From Bugula neritina (lineage: Eukaryota; Animalia; Bryozoa): DNA of 64,000 nucleotides. Below the pieces are notes generated by a model. The model worked only from the letters and a program-made list of their open reading frames with translations. It was not told where the DNA came from and searched no databases. Positions 12,601-27,932 of this stretch are shown piece by piece (position 1 is the first letter of the stretch; every line of letters starts with the position of its first letter). The position numbers and the translations under genes were made by a program. Where the stretch lies: the NCBI GenBank assembly GCA_964035545.1, contig OZ037765.1:23125504-23189503 (forward strand). Direction: 5' to 3'.

Positions 12601-15600
12601 ACATTTGTATGCTGCCGTCTTGGCAAGCGGCAGCTATTAGCTTTCCGTCTTTACTATATGAACATGTTGTGGGAATCGTCTTTTTCCCTTGAGTGGTTTT
12701 AGTTTTTACAAGGTGTTTATGTTTTATACTGTCTACATTCCACAATCTAACTGTACTAAAACAAAAAGTTGTAAGAAAAGTGAACACAAGAATAAAAATG
12801 TGACATCAGTTTTTATAGATTGCTGATTGGTCTATAACGATGACCGACTAATACAAAACTGACAATATACGTAACACCCAATAATCTATGATGCTGTACC
12901 TCAAGTTATCAGAATGCTATATAAGCAAAAATGAAAGCTTTGTAATTTACCCATTCAGTGAAGGCAAAAACAAACATTTATCACTTACCAGCTAAAAAAT
13001 AATTTTGAGTGACACCCACAAACTATATAACTATGCATTATGTACCTGCACATTATACCTGCACAAAAAAGCTATCTAACTCCCACTTACATAGATGTGT
13101 GATAAAGAAACACCAGCTTTTAGTAGTCAATATTAGTATTGAGAATGACATGCGATATAATCAACTTGCTCATAAATCTGCTCAGACAATCCATAAAACA
13201 AAACTCATGCTTAGTAACTCACAAATTCTTCTACTCCATGAAATAACATATGTTGTGCTTATGTAATATTAGCCTGCATGCACTTTTAGAACTACTTGTT
13301 ATAGTATTACATGCAATGTTAGAGTCAGCTATTATTGTGTAAAAATATGTTTACATCGCTCAATTATATTATATCATATTATACTATACAAATAATGCCA
13401 GTTCAACTAGAAGCACATAGCTCTACATGACTATTATCTACCAGGCCAGACATCCTATTTCTAATTCCGATAGAGATATCATGATATTTTTAGACAACAG
13501 GTCTTTCTACAAGACCCATCACAGTATTCCAACTTTGAGACTGGCTTCACTTTTTTTGTAACATGATTATTTAAAATGCCATACTGCTGTGAAATATCAA
13601 CTCCGTTACATCATCAGTTATAGAATGTCTTTCTTACCCATCATTGGAGCAGGTCATAAATTCATTTTTCACTTTAGGATTCCAGCAACCACAGTTCAGC
13701 ATAGCCGTGTGACCCTATCAGTATAACAACTAAGTAATAGAATCAAGAAGGTCTAATGGAATATGTGATTCCGTTGAAATAAAAATTTTGAAGGCAAAAC
13801 TACACTAGATTGGTGTTTTTTACACAAATAGATAAATGTACAGAAATAAACAAATCAAAATTATATAATCTATATTTCTGTAACAACCTGTGTGGAAGCT
13901 TGATCAACAATGTACTGATATCCTTTCTTACATTCCATGACTTCAAACCCATCCCTGTCTAATACTTTGGCTTGAGCATTTCCTCCCACAACCAAAATAT
14001 TCTCCCCGGTAGCGCTGTACTCAATACTGTGGATAGCATGGCTAAGGAAAATAAATAAAATTAGATAAAAATTATTGCAAGAAAATTTTTTCAGGCAAAG
14101 TTAACTTTGTTAAAAAAACTATTGTGTGATTTAAAATATAATAAAAACAATATAAAAAGACGGCAACCTATATTAAATAGAAAAACATTCAATGTTTTCC
14201 GGTTTTTCCCACTGTCCGTTGTGAAAGTGTACAAACCTTTCACAAGGAGTACATTTCCTAAACGACTGCAGAGACGCATCCATGCCAGCAAAATCCCACA
14301 GTTTCACATCATAGTCGTAGCCACCGGTTACTAGACGTGCACCTGACACATCCAATGCTAGAGCAGATACCTGTCAAATAAGAAGACTATAAGAATATGC
14401 TCAAAATTCTGGCAGAAATACCAGTGAGAAATATTTAATCTACTTGCCGTTTTAGTCCCATGCTTCATGATAACTTCATTGGTCATTGGAATCTTCTGAT
14501 CTAAAGTCTGCAAAGATATAAAAAGATAAATCGATTACCATACACAAAGTTGATTGCCTTACATAATTGCAGCAAAACACCAAAGTTGGTCTTTTATATG
14601 TTTTTCAGACAACATTGCATACAAATAAAAAAATTAGTCTAGAAAAAATTGCTACATACTTCCTCAACTTCATCTTCTGCATCTTCAACTTGATCTGCTT
14701 TTGGAGGTGTTGGCCCTATTTCATCATCTGAGTCTTCTTCTTGCTTGGTTTCAGATGATCTCTATAAATTGTAGAAATTAAATAAAACAATTGAAAAATA
14801 TAACAACTTTTAAAGCACACGCACCAAGCCACCAACAACAGTGAAGTATACATTACCACACATCAAACTAGACTGTTTTGTGTAAGCATAATCTAAGGTA
14901 GAAGTTTTAGTTAACCATATTAAGGTTCGAAGGTATAGGTGGTCCTATTTCCTCTTCATTGTCAGCTCCATCTGCGTCAATTCCAGTACTTTTACTCTCT
15001 ATTGTGGCTTTATATTGGTCCTCTAAATCAGCTACAGTTTAGTAATCAAAGGGTATGTAACTTAACATTTGCCATAAAATAACACATAAAAGAAATTAGA
15101 AAAAGATGTGTACAAAATGTTATAGAAAAAGCAAAATTTGAAAAAGATAACTGCAATGTGAAACTTGGGAAAAAAATTCAATCTGAAATATGAATAAACT
15201 ACAGCAACCAGCAAAATAGTTTACCAACAAAGGAAGTTTCCTGCATACATAAATAGCTATAAGCACACAAAGTTTAGTGTACTTAGTACGAGATACAAGT
15301 GTAATTTTTCTACAAAGTTGTTTTGCTAAAACACAACCATAAAATCTCTAACATACCAACTTTATCTTGATTCCTTTCAACTGCTGTTTTTCTAGCTTCT
15401 TCAAACATAGCCATAAAATCAAAACTCTTAGCCTTTTTGTCACTTCCTAGTTAAAGTACATAAAAAAGATTTTTATGTACTATGTACAAATTATTTTGCT
15501 TAGAAACCTGCAACAGACACTCATTTCGCTTTGATGTTTGTAACATAACTAGTCATTTGACTAAAACTATGCAAAGCATCCAACAAGAAAATAAAACAAA

Positions 15601-15608
15601 CCTGACAT
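9618..15608 (-). CDS. WDR70: WD repeat-containing protein 70 (gastrulation defective 1 homolog), about 15 coding exons
   Basis: ATG in a 7-nt coding segment (15602-15608) then SDKKAKSFDFMAMFEEARKTAVER; EIGPP; HGTKTVSALALDVSGARLVTGGYDYDVKLWDFAGMDAS; QAKVLDRDGFEVMEC; TTCSYSKDGKLIAAACQDGSIQ; DCCFSPDDKMVVTGTS; CLWHPRLNQ; DPRAAILRHAEEA; C-terminus VPAWKKPKL* (stop 9618-9620). Confidence 0.95.
10241..10313 (-). tRNA. tRNA-Met (CAT), elongator type, in a WDR70 intron
   Basis: GCCTCGATAGCGCAGTAGGCAGCGCGTCAGTCTCATAATCTGAAGGTCGTGAGTTCGATCCTCACTCGGGGCA: intact cloverleaf, CAT anticodon, G1-C72, TTCGA T-loop, downstream TTTT. Confidence 0.95.
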
Positions 15609-17928
15609 CTTGATTGGTAGAACCACAGAATCCTTTAATAACCTCTAAAATATTGAAAACACAGTGAGCAACATAGGTAAATGTGAGAATAAACTTTGGA
15701 ATGAAAAAATAACACCTTACTCAAAACATGTTTGTGTATTTACTTCGGCTTTTATATTATTCAAACTACATGTTGTATGATGAATAATATATCAATGGTG
15801 GAGTTTAAGCCTTTGCATCACCAATTCCTTTTATGGCACTGGCCTGTTATTTAGGAATAAACACTTTCAAAAAACACTCACCTTCGAAAAAACTTAATTC
15901 TCTTGAACAAGCAATATTTACCATTTATATTCAACCTATAAAATAGCTTTTGAAACATTTTGGAGATCAATTACTGGTACAAACAACTTTCAATTATTTT
16001 TTATGACGAATGACTAGCTTTACTTTTATACTCCAATACTTATTAAATAAATTTATTTTAGTTTTTAAATTATGAACTATAAATACAGTTTATATAATAT
16101 TAATATTTAATGAATGTTTACACCTATACCTATGGTCATAGGACACAGACCATATGCTAAGTTATTGGATTTTCATAACTGATAAGCAATAAAACTCTAA
16201 AACGGTGAGACTAAAAGCAAATTCTAGTAGTGTACTATCAATAGTAAAAAACTAACACAATGAAATATGTGCATTATTAATATTATAATCATTAAATGTA
16301 TCATAATTTTTCAATCTATATCTTATTTTATTTTAATTTTAACTTTAATTATATTTTCATCTTTAATTTGATTCTCTGACACATATTGATAGTGATACTC
16401 ATAATGATAACGATAATTAGAATTCTTATAATTATAAGTATTCAAATACAATTATTTAATTAATGAATAATTAATACTAATAGTAATAGTGATTACTAAT
16501 AGTAATAGCAATACTAGTAGTAGTAGTAATACTTATATAGTTACACTAATCTGGTGTATAATAGTAATTACTAATAGTAATAGTAATACTAATAGTAATA
16601 GCAAATGTAATACTAATACTAAGTCTAACCTAATAAGTACATGCAATACTATTAGTCTTAGTATTACTATTACTATTACATTTACTATTACTATCAGTAT
16701 GAGTATCAGTAGTAGCAACATTAATTATTCCAGCTATAAGTATAAATATAATTATAATAATAGTAATTATAACAATATTAACAAAAATATTTATATTGAA
16801 ATGAACATTATTAAATAACATCAGCCACACCACAATATAGCTAATTTACAATTTATAAAACGAAAATTAAATAACTTTAATTTAATTATAAAATTTAAAT
16901 TAAATTATTAAAAATAATTAACAAATAATTTGAATATTAATTTGATCACAAATAGTTAAATAAGAGCAACAATAAACACAAATAAAAAAAACTAATAAAT
17001 TAATTATAACAACACTCTAAAATTTAAAACAAAAGATTATATCACATTAATTCATATCTATATTATTAATATTATAGTAACAAATATTTAAATTATATAG
17101 CTTTGAACTTACTCGGATTAGGAAACAAATAAATAGTAGATAATGCCGGCATTGTTATAAACCGGAGTTAAAATTTTTTTGTTTTTGCAATATTTATTTA
17201 ATTATAAAATAAAATTAAAATACATTAACACATGGCCAAAAAAATGTTTATTATATTTGCATGCATTATAAGCTACTTCTATTTCATAATTGGTAGCATC
17301 CGTCAACAAAGTTCGACTACGTTTCAGCATTAATTAGAAAAGTCTGTTGATATTGCTATTAATTGCGGATAGTATTGCTATCATATTGATACTACTACCA
17401 GAATAAAAATTGGAAGTGAGTCTACAACATGATAAATACTATTTTGCGTATGCCAACAATTATCTTCAAGTATTGATCACATTAGACTATGTTTAGGTGA
17501 TATAATTTCGTTGTGGCTGTAAAACTAAAAGCTACCAAATTAGGTATATTTATTATGAAAGTAAATTGTTCTTACATTTTAAAAGCATTTGATAAAACAT
17601 GTGAATAACATTTTTATAGATTGATTGTTTTTAACAAACGTTGTTAGATCACTTAAACTGATTTAGGCAAAGTAATAAAAGCCATAACATTATAGTAATA
17701 TTATTATATATAGCAATCCATTAATTATTTAGCAAACAAATACACTGTGTCAATCATTTCATGACATGCCTACATAACATATTTCTGTTTGTAAATTTTA
17801 ACTTTCCTTAAATTTTTCATTAACCAGCTTAAAACATAAGTAAAGGCTTATAAAATTGCATTGTGGTTTAAGACAAATATTACTGTAGTTTGTTGTTTAC
17901 TATAACCCAACAATAACTTTTTACCAGT

Positions 17929-20528
17929 ATGCCACCTAAAGGAAAACCTATTCTAGCAGCAGGAAAAAAACCAGTACCTGCAGCAAAAGGAACTTCCAAA
18001 GTCACTTCTAAATCAGTTGCTAAAAAAGCACCAGGTACAACAGCATAGTTTATGCATTATCATATTTTGCTTGTTTAATAAATAATATAAAGCAATTCTG
18101 CTTTCAATGTTAAGGAATATCTCTGCTTTATGTTGAAAAGGAATTTGACAAAGTTTAATAAGTTTTAGTAAACTATGAATTATATGTCAAACAAAAATTA
18201 TATAGTTAATAGAAATTCTTTTTATGGTGAATAATATTAAAAAATTTCCTTTTGATTTGACTCAAGAATTCATGACTAATCACAACATTTAAAAAAAAAG
18301 CTTAACATATTTGATGTGTTTAAAATATTTTTTTTAAACCAAAAGTAAACGCTTAGTATTTTTATTGCCTAGACTGCTCAACTCATAATATAAGTAGCTT
18401 AAGTTTTCATGGCCAACATTAAAAGTTTTGTTATGGCCTACTTCTAGCTATTGCTGTAAAAGTTAGTATTAAATGGAAATCACTACATTTGTGTGCATAA
18501 ATAAGTTTTAAAATTGATTACTTTGTTATAATTTCTCAAAAATACAACTAAACTGCTTATTATCAAAAAATTATTGATTATTAAAATTGTAATGCAGTAG
18601 CAAAATCTTACTTATTTGATTAATGCAAGCTTTTTTATACACTTTTAACCAACAATAATTATACATGATGGCAGCAGCAAAAAAAGCGGATTCAAAAACA
18701 ACACCCAGTAAAAAGCCCGATGAAAACAAAACCAACAAAAGCAAGTGGACCAAAGAGGATGGTGCTGCTCGGAAAATTCAAACCGTTATTCGTGGATATC
18801 TGGGGCGAAAGGCTCTTGAACGTGCAAAGAAGGAAAAACAAGAATATGAAGACTTAATGGATAAACTAGAAAGAGAAGTGAGAAAATAATCAAGTCTGTA
18901 GTATAATTACGACATACTAGATAATAAAAAGTTTAATGTTTGATGCTGTCTTATTACAAGCATATTGTATATTAAATATACAATATGACTAAACTGAGTT
19001 ATAAGCAAATTATATTTTTGTAATACTTGTAAAAATAATGACAATGTAAGCTTTAAACTGAACAGGCGTGTGTGGCTATTGCTCTTCAATTTAAAAAAGA
19101 AGCAGAAGAACAAGCTCAAAAAGAAATGGAAGAAAGAAAGAGAAAGGCTGAAGAGAAAAAGCGAGTTAAAAGAATGCTGGAAGCAGCATTTGATGGTGAT
19201 GTTGATGAAGTAAATGCTATTATTAAAGAGGTAAGATCACTTTTTAAAAATTACTGAATTATTAATAACGTTTTGATTTTTTGTTTATGATGAACTAATT
19301 ATCATTATTTTGATCTAATTTAATAATTTATGCTGTAATGTTAATAGACTTTGCATGTAATATTCACATCCAACAGATTTTTGCCGTAGCTCTTATATTT
19401 TCACAAATGTTTTTTATGAAGTTGCACTGCATTATATTTCACAGTTATATTAACTAATTTTAATAAATATGAATAATTGTTCTCTTAATTTTGAAAAATT
19501 TCTAATTCTATTACTTGTATATTCATATACCGCTTTTTGAAACTTGAATATAATGTAATGTAATGCATTTTATATACAGGTTATGCATAGATTGTATCAG
19601 TCATGCATAAATTTATAGGTAAAAGAACTCGATGACAAAAATAAAATTGGTCACGATGTGGTTGGGGAAGCAAAAAGAATGAGGCATTTAATGAATATTG
19701 TGGAATGTGAGGATGCCCATGGCAACACACCTCTTTCTGAAGCATCAAGTGAGTCCATTTCATGTTTTTTTTTCATTTTAAAACATTTTTTGACACTAGC
19801 TTCTTTTGTGAATATATAAATTTGTATCTCTTGAGTTGATATGATTGACTGTATAGATATTTACTTTACTCGTTTATATAATATCCACTAACATAATACA
19901 GGCTGATGAAAGACAAATTTAAGCAGCAAAAGTTATGAACAAAATATAGCAGAACACAGCACTAGCATACAACTTTTAATCAACTGTTTTAATGCTCCAC
20001 ATCCTGAACTTCTATGCAATTTTAAAGCTACTTTATTTTTGCTATTAAATTGCATTACACGGAGTTGACAGTTCTAGCTTTGAATGCCACAAATAACACC
20101 ATCAGCATGGCCCCTATAGTGTAATGGGTAGCTGGCTCAGAAGTTGGAAGACTGTGGTTTTGATGCTTGGTGGGGGCAGTTATTTTACAAGCTACAAAAA
20201 AACAGGTTTTGGAAATAAACAATTTATATAGTATCATATAACTGTATAACCTGCTATTTAAAGTTATATACGGGTAAATATGCATTATGTTTGCAGGTGG
20301 AGGTCATGTTGACACTGTCCGCTATTTCATAGAACTTGGAGCTGATCCTAATTCAAGAGGACAATTTAATAGAACGCCATTGTACAGAGCAGCATTTGCT
20401 GGTCACATGGATTGTTGTGAAATGATACTCCAACATGGCGGTGATCCAAGGCTTTATGCTGAAGATGGACAAACTCCTGAAAATGTAAGCTTGTCACTAA
20501 CACACAAACACAAACACAAACACAAACA

Positions 20529-20609
<81 letters not shown>

Positions 20610-22803
20610 AGATTTAAGTTTACATAAAGTTAACAATTGAATTAATGGAAGCCAAACAAAAGCATTATATTCCTTTTCAAGAATTATTTTCTATAAATAT
20701 ATTTAAGAAATCATCAACTTATAGAAATATTAATCAAGTAAATGAGCATGTATCTATTTTTTATATTTAAACATCATTTGAGTTTAGTTTGCTATGCTAA
20801 ATATAAGTATATGCTATATCATGAGGCCTAGAGCTATAGCATGTCAGTATTTTACTATATGCACGTTATTGCTGTCATTATTTTGTGAGTTCTTGTTTAA
20901 AGGTGTCATCGATTGATGCGGTTAGAGAGGTATTTGTTGGCTGGGATATAACTCAAACAGACAGACTATTGGCCAAAATAGAAGATGAGAAAATGAAAAG
21001 AAAAGAGCAGCAAAGAGCTAGAAGAGAAGCTGAACAGAGCGAATTTGATAGGCAGATTGCTGATGCGCAGAAGGAGTATGATGCCCACCAAAAGACTCTG
21101 AATGCACTTTACTGTGAGCTCAACAAGAGGATTGATGAACATGATTCTGCACCAGCTATGGGCTTTACTAAACCTGAAATAACCCTTCAAGTAAGCATAT
21201 TGCATCAGAATGCAGAATGTGCTTTAAAAAAATTATTTAGTCAATTGATTGCAATGATGAATTTACAATTAAAATGTGTCCTTCAAATTTTCCATTAATG
21301 AAATATAAATTAAATGCTGCTGTATAAGTATAACAGTGGAAATGTAATGTTCTTATGTTCAAATTAGTGTATATGTTTAATTACTACCATATAAAGTATT
21401 GATAAGTATCACATGTGCTTTAAACTGTAGTGTACTGTATAAATTGATAATGGTTTGTGCTGCTGAATGAAGTTGAAATGAAATAGCTTGAGTTATTATA
21501 CTGGTCACTGTGTTAAGAATATGGCTATATTTGTAAATAAGTATAACTTTGTTGGTTTTAGGCTATTCAGGATGCTGAAGATCAACTAGAGATAGCTAAA
21601 ATAGACTTTGAGGCTTCCAAAGAAAAGATAAGGCAACTTCGTATCCTACAGCAAGAGCACCAAAAAGAAGAGATTGGTAAATAGCATTTTGCTAGCATTT
21701 AAGTCTTAAATTATATGCATTATGCGCAACTATTTAACAGAAACATTATACTTTTTCAGCTGCCGATGGTTTAGAATTACCAGGAATGGCAGTAACAATC
21801 AGAGAATTGCCAGATATTCTCTTCAGAGATGTTGGTAACAAAGTAAGAGATTCCGGAAAGTAAGTTTTGATTTGCATGTTTTGCAAAATCTTATTTCTCC
21901 AATAAACTGTAATAAATGCGGCATAAATTGCAACATATTATTGACTATATGTTTTGTAGATGGCCTCTTATCATAGACCCATCTAATCAAGCAGCAACGT
22001 ATTTGCGCTATCAAGACACAAACTATCTTAACGCCTTAGCCCCTAAAGATATGGCTCCAGAAGTTATTAGAAGAGCTTTGATTGGGTCCATAAGATTCGG
22101 TAAGCCAATGGTTTTAGACATGATGGAAGTTGACATGTTCCAGACCGCATCAGATCGTATGGATGAGGTGCTACCGGGACTGATGGCGCTGCTTATGGAT
22201 AAATCCATTATGAAAGAAGACAAGTATGTTATATGCATATATATGCTAGAAATACATATACCTTATAACCTAACCATTTATACATGATTCTATCAAATAG
22301 CGGTACACCATTATAACACAACTAGGCATGTGACTTTTCACAATTGAAAAGTGTAGCAGCAAGCAACAAAGCAACAGATCTCATACAAATAGCCTACTGT
22401 AAAATCTAAAGCCATAGATATATAATAAAACTAATGCTCATATATTTTTTCATGCATCCGCTAATATTATTCATATATGTTTTATTGTGATTTTTTTAAA
22501 CATTATTCAGGAATTAACTACTCATTGTACAGCATGCAGTCAAACTGCTGAAAAATCAAGTAGTATTTTTACTTTGCTATAGCATATTTTGCTAATTATA
22601 CTATTGTTACCCATAAAGCTTATTATATTTATTGCAGCTACATGAAACTTGTGAAGCCTGAAGATGGTGATGCCTATTTGAAACAAAACTTCAGTCCATA
22701 CAGAACAGAAAACTTCAAGTTTTTTATTCTGTCTAAAAATATTTTTCCTTCTGAAAAATTGATGTCCGATACCTACGTTATCCGTCTAAAAATTCCCGAA
22801 TAG
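17929..22803 (+). CDS. IQANK1: IQ motif and ankyrin repeat domain-containing protein 1, 10 exons, about 574 aa
   Basis: Exons 17929-18034, 18675-18877, 19066-19230, 19619-19748, 20297-20484, 20903-21190, 21562-21676, 21760-21859, 21960-22223 and 22638-22803 are phase-consistent. IQ motif AARKIQTVIRGYLGRK; MLEAAFDGD; ankyrin repeats DAHGNTPLSEAS, GADPNSRGQFNRTPLYRAAFAGH; coiled coil; C-terminal WPLIIDP domain. Confidence 0.88.
20501..20606 (+). repeat. (CACAAA)n/(CA)n microsatellite
   Basis: Direct read: CACAAA units followed by a long CA run just after an IQANK1 donor site. Confidence 0.97.
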
Positions 22804-23733
22804 AGCATTGCATCATACAATTTTTACAAGTATTGGATAAGAGCTGATCTTCCAAAGAGAAAAACCATCTTTGTAAATTTATTAATGGTAAATAATATTT
22901 TGGAATGCTTATTTAAAAATGTTATTCAAAATATATTATTTCAAAATGTTGACACCATGATAATGATAAATATAATATTTTACTAATTTTACTGGTTAAA
23001 ACCACCTTGTTTTTTTGATATTAGTCTAAATTTATTTTGTTAAGCCATAATTTCTCTTTTTTCATATATACACACCTCAATTAAATTTAGTTATACATTT
23101 TTTGCTAAATGTTACAGCAATAAAATGTTTATGAGAAACTATACTGATAATATTTGTTATTTACAAAATGAGTCGATTTTGATGGTAAAACTTCAATTGT
23201 ATATAATCAGTTTATTCACATCTGTTAAAATGATAATTATTTTATTGAATTATTGTGATCTCGCAGGGAGGTTTGTTGACAGATTTATGTTAATCAAGTT
23301 AGAAGCCCCTTGACTTCATTTTATTTATTATACCAAAAAGTTACAGGCTATATATCATTCTCATTGGCCTAGGCCACTTACTAAAAGCTTGTAGCCTATG
23401 AGCTATCAAACCAGTCATCTTGAAGTAATATAAAGGCTGACTACTATTAAAATTAATCTGCCATACTAATATTTCATTTTAATCAAGTTGAAATTTAACC
23501 TCTAATCAATATGCAAACTTCAACTGAATCAATTCATTGGGTTTCAATATCAGCCACTTTTGTCGTCTAACAATTATTCAATACTGCACACTGAACAAAT
23601 ATTTGTCCATTGTTATCACCAGGCTTCAACAAAGTATTGTAAAGCTTTACTCACTAGCTGTTTGCTGTTACTGCCAAGTCTAGTTACTTGCTGCCTCTCT
23701 GACTCATTATAAAAGTTGGATTCTAGCTAAAAC

Positions 23734-25483
<1,750 letters not shown>

Positions 25484-27932
25484 CTGCTTCACTATGACCA
25501 ATGTTGTCTTGTCATTATCACTTTACTATAGCTATGAACGTGATAAAGTTTGTGTGGCGGTCAAAATTTTGCATGTTAGGGCAATTTATCTTTGATTTAA
25601 AAATATAATGCGAATAATTTGAAACAATTATTATGCTGTCTTTAGACATATCAATTTATTGGTCATAGCATTTTAACATAATATTATATATAGGAGGTAT
25701 CGGAAAAATATAATGCAGGCAAATATATTTCTGATCACGCACAGCATTTTAATTTGATTATAGATGCTATTTGCTAAATACTATTTCATGCATTTTGTAT
25801 ATTATGTATACGAATTTTGCAAACTATGAGTAATTGTCAAGTCGTCTTAGAGGGCGAAGTTGTTACTCAAATGCTTGGCTTTGAGTCTTTTAGGCTTGCA
25901 ACTAAATATTAATAAAAACTCATAATGCTAGAGGGTTACTGAATTATTATCATATCTTTTTATTTTTACGCTGAAAAGATATTATTGTTCAAAGTTCTTT
26001 ATAGACTGATCTAGTCCTACCTTTATTTTGTACCTATTTTACCAGCTATGAAAAGAATAGGTTTATGTTGTCATATATTGTTGAAACGATTGATTCATAT
26101 AGCAGTTTAGTTAATAGCTTACTTATGACCAGTTTCTTTATGATTCACTCATACCAATAGTACTATCTGAACAAAAACCACTCTTAGCTGAGGTTCAAAT
26201 TTACTAAGTACAAATAATAGGGTGTTGCATTTAATCCAAAATATAACCAAGTAAGAATACTATTTGTATTTAAGTATTCTAGAGTTGTCAACCTTCAACG
26301 ACAATAACTATCACCAATGGAAATGATAACATTATTATCAGATCAAATGAAGTCAGCGTGAACTTTAAACCTATGAATGAAGTGACTGTGAGCTCAGCTT
26401 TGTTGCTCGATGACGGTTTTCTAGCCAACGTACCTTTTAAGTTTTGATATCGATTTAAAGGTTCGCCACAATAGCGTCTTATGATTTCAGTCTAAAAGCA
26501 TCTTACATAATTTTGAGAGTTTTTCCCGCCACATTATCCAGCATGCGTTTAGACTAATTATCTAATTATAACTTGAATGTAATTAACGTCACGATTAAGT
26601 ATTGGCCCCTGCTTTCCCTTACCATGGCCGTTATGTGTGCAAAGCACGTTGCAGCTTAAGCTTGGGCTTGTTTCACAAATCAATAAGGCCAAAGCCATAC
26701 GCATAAGGCGGCCCACCTTGATTTTCAAAGTTTATTTAGTACTTGCACTTAGTCTTACTCTTAGAGTTAGTCTTATAAGTTATAGTTATTAATTATATTT
26801 ATTGCCATTCTGCATAAACGATTTACTATTTAATTTTATATGATTATTTTTAATGTTATATTTGTTTAAAATAAAAATCAAAATGATCCATTATCATTGA
26901 CATTATGATTATCATTTAATGATTTATGATTAATATTATCATTATGATTATGATTATCACTGATCATCAATAAGTCTAATCATTATGATTATGATTATTA
27001 ATATATTTAATTTTTATTGTCCAGCTTATTTGATATTGTGGATTTATATTCATATTGCCCTAGGGCTTGTCAAAGAGTAAGACTATACGATAAAGATTGA
27101 GTAATTACTATTAGTATTAGTCACACTCTGACTCTCAGTCTGAGTCATGACTAACTTTTTATCTAGAGGTCGTTACTCGTTGCTAATCTAATGAGTAATG
27201 ACAGGTGCCTGTGAAGTATGAACTATCCAGTATCTGTATCTATAAGTATAACTAAGACTATTAATATTATTATTAACTATAAGATTAACTTTAAGTATAA
27301 GTGTTGGTATAAGTATTATAAATATAACTCTTTGATGTTATTTTGTTTCAAGTTTAACTGTAGGTAAAATGTTAAACTAAAGTTGAAACTTATAGGCCTA
27401 CTCATAGTTCCACTCAATAACATTAACTCATAGCCATAGGCTATATCATTACTGATAACTATAAATATTACTATCAGTATTACTATTAGTATTACTAACT
27501 TATTTACCAACAACTTTAAGTATGAATATAAGTTAAATAAGAGTTAGAGTTACTGGTACTCTTAGTAGTACAAGGATTGCTATTACATTTACTGTATTGC
27601 TATTAGTATCAGACTATGATAAGGCCGTATAACTATAAAAATGTGAAATTAATGTTTTACTAAAAACAACCTTATAATATTAATGATAATTATTAAAACT
27701 GCAATATTAAGACAATCAGATTTTGTACTAACAACTTGATTGTTGAGTAAATTTGTTCTATAGGCTATGGTTGTATATTATTGTAATGACTTTGGTTCTC
27801 ATAGTGTATACAAGCTCAACAGAATATTGTGCATTTGCTGAAAACTGTGATTTCTATAATCTTGGAGAGTTTTATATAGCTGCTATTTTCTGAATGTCTG
27901 TCTAATTTTTATCTTGTTTCAGTTATTGATAC

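Noticed and set aside
20366-20636. (CV)n and (HT)n ORFs, and the (IY)n ORF at 25046-25309
   Set aside because: Translations of microsatellites.
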